From Spartobacteria bacterium (GTDB taxonomy: Bacteria; Verrucomicrobiota; Verrucomicrobiia; Chthoniobacterales; UBA6821): a stretch of 53,387 nucleotides of DNA. How positions within the stretch are numbered: the stretch's first letter is position 1; every line of letters begins with the position of its first letter. Shown here in pieces: positions 1 through 8,457 of the stretch. A program made the translations under genes and the position numbers. The notes under the pieces are model-generated. The model was not told the origin of the DNA and searched no databases. It worked only from the letters and a program-made list of their open reading frames with translations. Location of the stretch: positions 1-53,387 of the forward strand of contig CANIBV010000003.1 of assembly GCA_947466005.1 (NCBI GenBank), given 5' to 3'.

Positions 1-156
1 AACAACGCCCAGCTTGCGACCGTTTCGACGGATGGTCATGGTGGCGCTGTCATCTTCACCGACCGCGCAGTCATCCACGTCCAGCCCAACCCCCTCGGCG
101 GCGTCTCCATGTTTAGCTCCGCGCCAGATCGCCCCGCCTGCAACGCCGAGCAGTAG
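1..156 (+). CDS. 3' end of a hypothetical protein running in from the window edge
   Basis: Frame 1 is open from base 1 to TAG at 154-156 (NNAQLATVSTDGHGGAVIFTDRAVIHVQPNPLGG...) with GC-rich third positions. Confidence 0.5.
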   Translation, partial: NNAQLATVSTDGHGGAVIFTDRAVIHVQPNPLGGVSMFSSAPDRPACNAEQ

Positions 157-202
157 GCGCGGAGTGGCTGTTAAGTGGGAAATCAGACCGAAGGTTTTAA
201 TC

Positions 203-223
203 TGGAACTCATGAACTCATGAA
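203..223 (+). repeat. 9-bp-period repeat arm, family A (TGGAACTCAkGAACTCAkGAA), unpaired
   Basis: TGGAACTCATGAACTCATGAA; near-identical arms at 6262, 25316 and 28140. Confidence 0.8.
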
Positions 224-329
224 CCAAGGCGCTGGGAAGCGGTGCGGAAGACTGCCGAAGGCAGCCCCGAAGGGGTGGCACAGCTTCTCGGGAGAGAAGT
301 GCCATCAACCTGAAGAAGAAAAATTTACC

Positions 330-908
330 ATGAAGAGCATGCAGCAGATGGCCGAGAGGCTAGGGAGGTCGGCGGTGTGGATCAGCGGTGTGCAGAAGCG
401 GTTTAGTCTGCCTGTGCTGGAGAGCTATTCCGAGGGGTACGAAGCATTTCTCCGTAAGATCCTGCATCTGCGTGTGCTCGGCGTAAGCGAGGAGTCCCTC
501 CGAGAATTCTGGGCTGCGGAGCGGAAGCTGATCGAGGTGCTCCATCTGGATCCACAGAGCTCTCCAACCTGGATGGTCGATGCCTGCTCCGTAGCAGCCG
601 ATCCCGATCGTCGTCTCCTGCTCTCCAACATCGACCTCGGCTTTAATCTTCCGTCCACCTCTATCCAGATCGGCTTGAACTTTGCAGCCTCCTCCCCCGA
701 ACTCTTCGCAGGGAAGGAGATGGGCGAGGACGCCCTGAGACTGATCAGTGACTACCGCACCCGTCTTGCTGGGATACGTGTGTCCGTAGCTTCGGAATCC
801 AAAATCCTCCGCGATGCCCTCAAGTGGGAGAAGTCCCTCGGACTTACTCGGTTCCCTTTCGATGGGAAGTATACGTACCCAGAAGAAAAAATGCATCCCA
901 TGGACTGA
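330..908 (+). CDS. Hypothetical protein with a possible N-terminal HTH (MerR-like)
   Basis: ORF 219..908. The ATG at 330 is preferred because the upstream part overlaps repeats. N-terminus MQQMAERLGRSAVWISGVQKRF looks HTH-like. Confidence 0.65.
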   Translation: MKSMQQMAERLGRSAVWISGVQKRFSLPVLESYSEGYEAFLRKILHLRVLGVSEESLREFWAAERKLIEVLHLDPQSSPTWMVDACSVAADPDRRLLLSNIDLGFNLPSTSIQIGLNFAASSPELFAGKEMGEDALRLISDYRTRLAGIRVSVASESKILRDALKWEKSLGLTRFPFDGKYTYPEEKMHPMD

Positions 909-994
909 TGCAAACGAAGGTTTCTAGGCTGTTCAATGAAAGAAGTTATGGCTGTGGCTTGCAGTTAATCGCATCTAATGTGAAATAATCCCTT

Positions 995-2029
995 ATGGCT
1001 TTTTCATCTGTGGAATTATGTGCGGGTGGTGGCGGCCAATCCTTAGGACTCGAGCTAGCTGGTTTTCACCATGAAGCAGTTGTGGAATATGAGTCACTAT
1101 TCTGCACAACTCTTAGAAAAAATCGCCCGCACTGGAATGTGCTGGAAATGGATATTCGTGAATTCACGGGGCAAAAATATTCAGGGGTTGATCTTTTAGC
1201 GGCAGGAGTACCCTGTCCCCCTTTCAGTACTGCAGGCAAACAACTTGGGGCAGACGATGACCGCGATATGTTTCCTGCGGCTTTAAGTCTGGTCTCCCAG
1301 ATAAAGCCTCGAGCAGTGCTTTTTGAAAATGTACAAGGGTTAGCGTCGGCAAAGTTTACGGATTACCGCAACAAGCTTATCCGAAAATTATCCGCATTGG
1401 GCTATCAGCCGGATTGGCGAGTGCTTCAAGCTTCCGAGTTCGGTGTTCCTCAACTCCGCCCGCGATTTATTTTAGTAGCACTACGGCCTTCAGATGCAGA
1501 GCACTTTGCGTGGCCTGTTTCATGGGGAGCTAAGCGTTTTGTTGGAGAATCACTTCTAGATTTGATGGCAGAAAACGGATGGGCCCACACAGAGACTTGG
1601 GCTGGAAGAGCCGCTCGTGTAGCGCCTACCCTTGTAGGCGGATCGAAAAAGCATGGCGGCCCAGATTTGGGTCCAACTCGAGCAAAGCGGCAATGGAGAG
1701 ATCTAGGAGTTGACGGAATGGGCATTGCTGATTCTGCGCCTGGTCCTGACAAGGATGCTGATCATTTGCCTCGGCTAACACTTCGCATGGCTGCTCGAAT
1801 CCAGAGTTTCCCTGACACATGGGAGTTTGCTGGAGGAAAAACCGCTCAATATAGGCAAATTGGGAACGCGTTTCCGCCTGCGGTAGCGAGAGTAGTTGGT
1901 GCTGCTATACGTTCGGCATTTGAGCGAAAGAAGTTCTTGTCTGGCCTCAAGTTTGAAAAAGCTGACCAGCTCCGCCTGATGGAGTCACCATCTAGCTCAA
2001 AGCCAAAAACTCGTAAAAAATCTGTATGA
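995..2029 (+). CDS. DNA (cytosine-5)-methyltransferase, NgoMIV/NaeI-like
   Basis: Motif I ELCAGGGG, catalytic GVPCPPFS, ENV, PQLRPRF, motif X QIGNAFPP; GGSKKHGGPDLGPTRA target-recognition segment. Confidence 0.95.
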   Translation: MAFSSVELCAGGGGQSLGLELAGFHHEAVVEYESLFCTTLRKNRPHWNVLEMDIREFTGQKYSGVDLLAAGVPCPPFSTAGKQLGADDDRDMFPAALSLVSQIKPRAVLFENVQGLASAKFTDYRNKLIRKLSALGYQPDWRVLQASEFGVPQLRPRFILVALRPSDAEHFAWPVSWGAKRFVGESLLDLMAENGWAHTETWAGRAARVAPTLVGGSKKHGGPDLGPTRAKRQWRDLGVDGMGIADSAPGPDKDADHLPRLTLRMAARIQSFPDTWEFAGGKTAQYRQIGNAFPPAVARVVGAAIRSAFERKKFLSGLKFEKADQLRLMESPSSSKPKTRKKSV

Positions 2030-2907
2030 CTCAAACTTCATTGATCTCTAAAGAAAGGGCGGCTTTTCACTCATTGCTGTTGGCGGGACCGCTCACAAGT
2101 GATTCCAAGGGGATTTTGAGTATCGCAGACAAAGGAAGTGCTATCAGTCGCGTTATTTCAACTGAGTTAGCGAAAAAATTGGGATCCCCACGAATTTCAA
2201 AAAAGGGCGGAGGGCAAACGGCGGGAGCTGCTTTTGAGAATATCGTTGCCCGATTTTTAAGAGCAACGTTTCTATCACTCAAGGATCTTAGGCCTGGCTC
2301 TTGGGAGGTTCTTGATACAAGTACCGGTGGAAAAGTTCAGATTGCTAACTTTACCCAGTATGAACATCTGCTTCGATTGAAAGAGAAAGCAGATGCGGAT
2401 CCCGATTTACGAGCCATTCTGGGTGGTGATTACCTAATTGCACCCGATGTAGTTGTTGTACGCACTTCAGAGCCCGACAAGATGATTAATAAATCTACGC
2501 GCGTTGTTGATATGAATACAGCACGACTGACACCCCTGCGTACTACTAACTCAAAAGGTGGAGAGGCACGTTTTCTTCATGCAAGCGTTTCATGCAAATG
2601 GACCCTTAGAAGTGATCGGGCTCAAAATGCCCGAAGTGAAGCGCTAAACCTTTTGAGAAATCGCAAAGGCCATGCTCCTCATGTTGTAGCCATAACTGCC
2701 GAACCCATGCCTTCACGAATTGCGAGTCTAGCACTCGGAACCAATGATCTTGATTGTGTCTATCATATCGCCCTGCCCGAGTTGATAGATGTGGTAAAGC
2801 AGTCGGTTAGTGACGAACGCTCTGGTCAACTCGAAATGCTAGAGATGCTTGTTTCTGGAAAGCGTCTACGCGATATTTCTGATCTTCCGCTGGACTTAGC
2901 TATATAG
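2026..2907 (+). CDS. NgoMIV-family type II restriction endonuclease (family target GCCGGC)
   Basis: Family motifs PDVVV, LHASVSCKWTLRSDRAQNARSEALNLLRNRKG, TAEPMPSRIASLALG and RLRDISDLPLDLAI; 4-bp overlap with the MTase gene. Confidence 0.9.
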   Translation: MTQTSLISKERAAFHSLLLAGPLTSDSKGILSIADKGSAISRVISTELAKKLGSPRISKKGGGQTAGAAFENIVARFLRATFLSLKDLRPGSWEVLDTSTGGKVQIANFTQYEHLLRLKEKADADPDLRAILGGDYLIAPDVVVVRTSEPDKMINKSTRVVDMNTARLTPLRTTNSKGGEARFLHASVSCKWTLRSDRAQNARSEALNLLRNRKGHAPHVVAITAEPMPSRIASLALGTNDLDCVYHIALPELIDVVKQSVSDERSGQLEMLEMLVSGKRLRDISDLPLDLAI

Positions 2908-2920
2908 CTTCTATTCTCCA

Positions 2921-3175
2921 ATGCAAACCTTCACGACCAAGGGGGCCACAGACCTTCTCTATGCCGATGATTTTCGAAGTAATGGATGCCCTGATGTCAG
3001 GGTCTTGCTAAATAAGTCTGGCAGCGTCGAGCTTGAGGCTCTTACTGAAGAAGTTGAATCCGCACTTGAGGAGTTGGAAATCGATATCGACTCCGATGTC
3101 ATCCCGGATGAGGTCATGACCGCCCTGATCGAGCACCTCAATACAGCACGTCAGCTCGACGTGCCTGTTGCTTAG
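2921..3175 (+). CDS. Small, highly acidic hypothetical protein (84 aa)
   Basis: ORF starts 13 bp after the REase stop; 19 D/E versus 5 K/R. Confidence 0.6.
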   Translation: MQTFTTKGATDLLYADDFRSNGCPDVRVLLNKSGSVELEALTEEVESALEELEIDIDSDVIPDEVMTALIEHLNTARQLDVPVA

Positions 3176-3188
3176 AATAGCCTTCTCG

Positions 3189-6182
3189 CTACGCAGTGCG
3201 GCCGCAGCAGCTTTTGAACTTCTTCCCGGATCCACACGGGCAAGGATCATTTCTTCCAGCTGTCTTCTGCTGCCTCGGAGTCGGAGCCTTCTGCATGGCC
3301 CGCTCGAATCCCATGTCCGCATCGGAAAGCCCTGACGGTGGCAGGGCCGCGGGATTCGGCTGGCCGTCGATCATGGCGGGCTCGAGCAGGTCCCTCTGCA
3401 TGAGGTGGCGAGGCATGGAGGCGAGCAACTGCTCGAAGGCCTGGAGGTTGGTCGTGGAGCGGAAGAGGTTGTTCAGGACCTCGTTCTTGATGCTCTCCAT
3501 GAGCTCGACGAACATGGCGTAGGCCTCGGTCTTGTACTCAGTGAGCGGGTCCTTCTGGCCGTAAGCGCGGAGGTAGACGGCCTCGCGGAGGCCGTCCATG
3601 GCGTAGAGGTGCTCCTGCCAGAGGCGGTCGACGGCGTTCAGGATGACGTACTTCTCAAGTCCCGAGCGGGCGGCCTCGTCCTCGATGGCGGCCTTGCGGT
3701 CGTAGGCTTCGACCAATGTCTTTGCCAGCCACTCTCCGTTCGCCTCGATCTCGCGTGTCTCGAAGGCGCACTTCCCGGCGGTGAGGCCGACGGGGAAGGT
3801 GGAGTTCACCCACTGGAGGAGTCCGGTGACATCGGGCTCAGCATCACTGCTCTCGGTGGTGAGGAAGGCCTCGACCTTCTTCGGGACGACTTCGTTGATC
3901 ACCTCGTGGATGAGGACGCGGGGGTTCTCGGCGTCCATGACGTCGTTGCGGTAGCCGTAGACGACTTCGCGCTGCTGGTTCATGACGTCGTCGAACTCAA
4001 GTGTCCTGCGGCGCATGAGGTAGTTCCTCTGCTCGACGCGCTTCTGGGCGGTCTCCACGGAGCGGTTGAGCCAGGGGTGCTCGAGCTCTTCTCCCTCCTT
4101 CATGCCAAAGGTCTCCATGATCTTGGTCATGCGGTCGCTGGCGCCGAAGTTGCGCATGAGGTCGTCCTCGAAGCTGATGTAGAAGCGTGAGCGGCCGGGA
4201 TCTCCCTGACGGGCGCAGCGTCCGCGCAGCTGGCGGTCGATGCGGCGTGACTCGTGGCGCTCGGTGCCGAGCACGAAGAGTCCGCCGAGTTCGGAAACAC
4301 CCTCGCCCAGTTTGATGTCTGTACCACGGCCGGCCATGTTGGTGGAGATGGTGACGGCGCCGCGCAGTCCGGCGCGCGAGATGATCTCGGCCTCCTGCAT
4401 GTGGAACTTGGCGTTGAGAACGGTGTGGGGAATGTGCTCCCGCTTGAGCATGCGGCTGAGGACCTCGGAGGCCTCGACGCTGGCGGTGCCGACGAGGATC
4501 GGCTGGCCGCGTCCGTGGGAGGCCTTGATCTCGTCGATGGCGGCGGCCATCTTCTCGCGGCGCGTCTTGTAGATCCGGTCGTTCTCGTCGAGGCGCGCGA
4601 CGGGGCGGTTCGTCGGGATGACGTTCACCGCGAGTCCGTAGATGTCGTGGAACTCGTTGGCCTCGGTCTCGGCCGTTCCGGTCATGCCGGCGAGCTTCTC
4701 GTAGAGGCGGAAGTAGTTCTGGATGGTGATGGTGGCCATCGTCTGGGTCTCCCTGTCGATCTGCACTCCCTCCTTGGCCTCGACAGCCTGGTGGAGTCCG
4801 TCGCTCCAGCGGCGACCCGCCATCTTGCGGCCGGTGAAGGTGTCGACGATGACGACCTTGTTCTCCTCGACGACGTACTCGACGTCCTTCTCGTAGAGGC
4901 AGTAGGCCTTGAGCAACTGGGCGATGTTGTGCATCCGCTCGGCGGAGTGGTCGCAGTGCTGCTGGCGGGCGGTCTTCTCGGCGGTCTTCTCGGAGTCGCT
5001 CAGCGCGGCGTTCGTCTCGATGTCGGCAAACTCAGTGAGGAGATCGGGGAGGACGAAGGCGTTCGGGTCGTCGGGGTTGAGGAAGCTGCGCCCCAGCTCG
5101 GTGAGGTCGGCCTCCTGCTGCTTCTCCTCGATGGTGAAGTAGAGCTCTTCCTTGAGCGCGACGAGCGCGTCCTTGGAGGTGTCCTGGTAGAAGGAGAGCT
5201 CAGCCTTGTCGGTGAGGCGGCGGAGATCTGGATCCTCCATGGCGCGGAGCAGTCCCTTGTTGCGGGGCTGGCCGAGCTTGACCTTGAAGAGTGCCAGGCC
5301 GGCGGCCTCCTTCTGCCCCTTGGTGAGGAGTTCCTTGGCCTCGGCCACGAGGTTGTTGATCAGGGCGGTCTGCTTGCGGACGAGCTGCTCGACGAGCGGC
5401 TTGAAGCGGTCGTACTGGTGGGTCGAGATGGTGGCAGGACCGCTGATGATGAGCGGTGTGCGGGCCTCGTCGATCAGGATGGAGTCGACTTCGTCCACGA
5501 TGGCGTAGTAGTGGCCGCGCTGGACTTGCTGCTCGCGGCTGGTCGCCATGCCGTTGTCGCGGAGGTAGTCGAAGCCGAACTCGCTGTTAGTGCCGTAGGA
5601 GATGTCGCACTCGTACTGGGCGCGGCGCTCTTCGGGCGACTGGTCGTGCTGGAGGATGCCGGTGCTCATGCCGAGGAAGGCGTAGAGCTGGCCCATGCAC
5701 TCGGCGTCGCGGCGCGCAAGGTAGTCGTTCACGGTGACTAGGTGGACTCCGCGCCCGGTGAGGGCGTTCAGGTAGACGGGGAGGGTCGCGACGAGGGTCT
5801 TGCCCTCGCCCGTGGCCATCTCTGAGATGCTTCCCTTGTGGAGCACCATGCCGCCGATCAGCTGGACATCGAAGTGTACCATGTTCCAGGTGTACTCGTG
5901 GTCGCAGACCATGAACTGCATGCCGACCATGCGGCGGGCGGCGTTCTTCACGACGGCGAAGGCCTCGGGCAGGATCTCGTTCAGCCGTTTCTGCAGGAGG
6001 TCGGGATCCTGGATCAGGGAGAGCTCGGCTTTCCAGGCGGCCGTCTTGTCACGGAGGGCCTCGTCGGGAAGGGTCTGCAGGCCGGCTTCAATTTCGTTGA
6101 TCTTGGCGACGAGCGGGATCATCCGGCGCACTTCGCGCTGGTTCTTGGAGCCGATGATTTTTTTGAGAATCCAGGTAAACAT
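3189..6182 (-). CDS. secA: Preprotein translocase subunit SecA
   Basis: EMATGEGKT, DEVDSILIDEARTPLIISG, TNMAGRGTDI, RRIDRQLRGR and the C-terminal SEC-C motif GRNDPCPCGSGKKFKSCCG; start taken at the ATG at 6182. Confidence 0.98.
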   Translation of the reverse strand: MFTWILKKIIGSKNQREVRRMIPLVAKINEIEAGLQTLPDEALRDKTAAWKAELSLIQDPDLLQKRLNEILPEAFAVVKNAARRMVGMQFMVCDHEYTWNMVHFDVQLIGGMVLHKGSISEMATGEGKTLVATLPVYLNALTGRGVHLVTVNDYLARRDAECMGQLYAFLGMSTGILQHDQSPEERRAQYECDISYGTNSEFGFDYLRDNGMATSREQQVQRGHYYAIVDEVDSILIDEARTPLIISGPATISTHQYDRFKPLVEQLVRKQTALINNLVAEAKELLTKGQKEAAGLALFKVKLGQPRNKGLLRAMEDPDLRRLTDKAELSFYQDTSKDALVALKEELYFTIEEKQQEADLTELGRSFLNPDDPNAFVLPDLLTEFADIETNAALSDSEKTAEKTARQQHCDHSAERMHNIAQLLKAYCLYEKDVEYVVEENKVVIVDTFTGRKMAGRRWSDGLHQAVEAKEGVQIDRETQTMATITIQNYFRLYEKLAGMTGTAETEANEFHDIYGLAVNVIPTNRPVARLDENDRIYKTRREKMAAAIDEIKASHGRGQPILVGTASVEASEVLSRMLKREHIPHTVLNAKFHMQEAEIISRAGLRGAVTISTNMAGRGTDIKLGEGVSELGGLFVLGTERHESRRIDRQLRGRCARQGDPGRSRFYISFEDDLMRNFGASDRMTKIMETFGMKEGEELEHPWLNRSVETAQKRVEQRNYLMRRRTLEFDDVMNQQREVVYGYRNDVMDAENPRVLIHEVINEVVPKKVEAFLTTESSDAEPDVTGLLQWVNSTFPVGLTAGKCAFETREIEANGEWLAKTLVEAYDRKAAIEDEAARSGLEKYVILNAVDRLWQEHLYAMDGLREAVYLRAYGQKDPLTEYKTEAYAMFVELMESIKNEVLNNLFRSTTNLQAFEQLLASMPRHLMQRDLLEPAMIDGQPNPAALPPSGLSDADMGFERAMQKAPTPRQQKTAGRNDPCPCGSGKKFKSCCGRTA

Positions 6183-6261
6183 GAAAAAAGACCCTGTTTG
6201 GGGAAGGATCACTAAACCGCAAGGGGGCTACGGGGGCAAGAGAAGCCGAACAGATAAAATA

Positions 6262-6401
6262 TGGAACTCAGGAACTCAGGAATAATGCAGGCAAGGCGTG
6301 GAATTGGCTACGGAGCTTCGATAAAGCGTCTCGTTAATGAGCAATAAGTAAAACCACCTCATCGCTGCAGATCCTCTCTTTTCCTGAATTCCTGAGTTCC
6401 A
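6262..6401. repeat. Inverted pair of family A 9-mer arms (MITE/REP-like)
   Basis: TGGAACTCAGGAACTCAGGAA (6262-6282) and TTCCTGAATTCCTGAGTTCCA (6381-6401); 1 mismatch, 98-bp spacer. Confidence 0.85.
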
Positions 6402-6413
6402 AATTAACACTCA

Positions 6414-6950
6414 TCAGCTTTCTGTATTTCCGCGGCGCTCTCCGAAGAAGGTTTTGAGAAGCTGCCCGCTCTCCTCACCCATCACTCCGCCGGTGATCTC
6501 GCAGCGGTGGCTGAGGCCCACCATCTGAAGGATATTGATGCTGCCTCCTGCGGCACCCCCCCTGGGATCGTGGCAGCCGAAGATGACCCGCCTGACCCGT
6601 GAGTTCACCAAGGCTCCCGCGCACATTGGGCAAGGCTCCTTGGTCACGTAGAGGTCGCACTCGTTGAGTCGCCAGTCGCCGATGGCATTCTCGGCCTGCG
6701 TAATGGCCAGCATCTCGGCATGAGCGGTGGCATCCTTGAGCGTCTCCACGAGATTGGAGGCCCGCGCGATGATCCGACCCCCCTTCACCACGACGGCTCC
6801 GATCGGAACCTCCTCGGCCTCGTATGCCTTCAAGGCCTGACGTAAGGCCTGCCCCATGAAATAGGCATCGCTCTGCAGGTCGATGATCGGGTCCTCTTCG
6901 GGCGGCTCCAGAGTCTCGTCTCGTAGAATGATTTCCATGGTGGTGAACAT
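6414..6950 (-). CDS. tadA: tRNA adenosine(34) deaminase
   Basis: EVPIGAV, HAE and EPCPMCAGA zinc-deaminase motifs; start at 6950 or 6938. Confidence 0.9.
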   Translation of the reverse strand: MFTTMEIILRDETLEPPEEDPIIDLQSDAYFMGQALRQALKAYEAEEVPIGAVVVKGGRIIARASNLVETLKDATAHAEMLAITQAENAIGDWRLNECDLYVTKEPCPMCAGALVNSRVRRVIFGCHDPRGGAAGGSINILQMVGLSHRCEITGGVMGEESGQLLKTFFGERRGNTES

Positions 6951-6960
6951 TCTTTGCCCT

Positions 6961-7623
6961 CTACTCGCGGAGGGCGCGGATCTCGGCGGCGCGGTCCGCT
7001 GCCTGGAAGACGGAGGTTCCGGCCACCATGATGTCGGCTCCCGCCTCGCGGCAGAGCTTGGCGGTCTCGACTGCGATCCCCCCATCGACCTCGATGAGGA
7101 AGCCGAGTCCCAGATCCGTGCGGAGACGGTCAGCTTCGCGTATTTTGCCGAGCATGTCCGTCATGAAGGGTTGTCCGCCGAAACCGGGCTCCACGGTCAT
7201 GATGAGAAGTATGTCAAAGCGCCCGAAGAGGGCGCGGGTCTGGTCCAGAGGAGTTCCGGGCTTGATGGAGAGGCCTGCTTTCTTCCCCGCCGCGCGGACG
7301 CGGTCGAGCGTGATCCCTGCGTCGTGGTTGGCTTCCAGGTGGGAGGTGACGGACGCCACTCCCTTCACCGCCATGAACTGCTCGATGTAGCGGTCGGGCC
7401 GCTGGATCATCAGGTGGATATCAAGCGGTATCGTCGTGTGGCGCGAGGCGGCCTCGCAGATTGGCGAACCGAAGGAAATGTTGGGCACGAAGTCGCCGTC
7501 CATCACGTCGCAGTGGATCCAGTCGGCTCCGGCGACCGTCACACTCGCCACCTCGTCGCCTAGGCAGGCGAAGTTGCTGGCAAGGATCGAGGGCGCGATG
7601 ATCGAGGGGCGCAGGGATGGCAT
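6961..7623 (-). CDS. rpe: Ribulose-phosphate 3-epimerase
   Basis: IAPSIL, HCDVMDGDFVPN, DIHLMI, MTVEPGFGGQ, EVDGG. Confidence 0.97.
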   Translation of the reverse strand: MPSLRPSIIAPSILASNFACLGDEVASVTVAGADWIHCDVMDGDFVPNISFGSPICEAASRHTTIPLDIHLMIQRPDRYIEQFMAVKGVASVTSHLEANHDAGITLDRVRAAGKKAGLSIKPGTPLDQTRALFGRFDILLIMTVEPGFGGQPFMTDMLGKIREADRLRTDLGLGFLIEVDGGIAVETAKLCREAGADIMVAGTSVFQAADRAAEIRALRE

Positions 7624-7669
7624 GATCTTTATTGTTTAGCGTGGTCGGTCGCTCAGGGAAAGGCTGGGG

Positions 7670-8440
7670 TCAGTGCGGTTTGGCGGCCGCTCTCTGCGGG
7701 AAGATCAGGATGCAGGCCCCTATGAACAGGAGCAGTGCCAGGGACGCCCCGTAACGGCTAAGCTCCAGGCCACCGTGATCGTGGGGCTTGTCCAGAAAGT
7801 CGCCGACTACTGCCCCCAAAGGCCGAGTCAGGATGAAGGCGGCCCAGAAGAGGAGCGTCCGGGAGATGGTTGTCTGCCAGTACGCAAGGGCGATTGCAGC
7901 CAGCAGGAGTCCGAACAGCATGGCGCTGCCGAGGTACCCGAACCCCGCCGCGTCGGCCGTCCAATCACCCAGCGCGGTGCCGAGGGTCTGGGAGAACATG
8001 ATCGTCACCCAGTAAAAGATCTCTGCCTTCGGCGTGCTGACCGTCCCGACGGAGACCGAGCCAAGTGTCCTGTGCCAGGTGAGGAGCGATGCGAGGAGCA
8101 GGGCCAGCAGCAAACAGCTCCCACCTGCGTATCCGATGCCGAGCGAGCGGGTCGAAAAATCCGCCAGTGTGGTGCCTGCGGTCGTCGTCGCAATGATGGT
8201 CGTCCAATAGAGGAGGGGATGAAATTTCCTTGCTGCAATCTGTGCCGCCACGGCGATCCCACACAGCGCCGCAAAAAGGATGGTGCCCAGGAGATACCCG
8301 AGGTTCATCGACATGGAAACCGAGTCGCCCGCCGTTTCGCCAAGCGTGGTCGCCGCCACCTTGATCACCCAGAAGAGCAGGGTGACTTCCGGAACCTTAG
8401 CGGGGAACCCCGGGCCGATGTCCTTACGTATCGCGGCCAT
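7670..8440 (-). CDS. COG4705/DUF347-repeat membrane protein
   Basis: KVPEVTLLFWVIKVAATTLGETAGD, FYW..IMFSQTLGTALGD and FWAAFILTRPLGA..GDFLDKP repeats. Confidence 0.85.
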   Translation of the reverse strand: MAAIRKDIGPGFPAKVPEVTLLFWVIKVAATTLGETAGDSVSMSMNLGYLLGTILFAALCGIAVAAQIAARKFHPLLYWTTIIATTTAGTTLADFSTRSLGIGYAGGSCLLLALLLASLLTWHRTLGSVSVGTVSTPKAEIFYWVTIMFSQTLGTALGDWTADAAGFGYLGSAMLFGLLLAAIALAYWQTTISRTLLFWAAFILTRPLGAVVGDFLDKPHDHGGLELSRYGASLALLLFIGACILIFPQRAAAKPH

Positions 8441-8457
8441 CAGCCGTGTCCATGAAG

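Noticed and set aside
4900-5400. Large insertion in the SecA preprotein-binding region (possible intein)
   Set aside because: No intein N- or C-terminal splice motifs; helical insertions here are known in SecA of several phyla
4254-5741. Long + strand ORFs antisense to secA (also 3405..4190)
   Set aside because: Shadow ORFs caused by high GC3 codon bias on the opposite strand; no recognisable motifs
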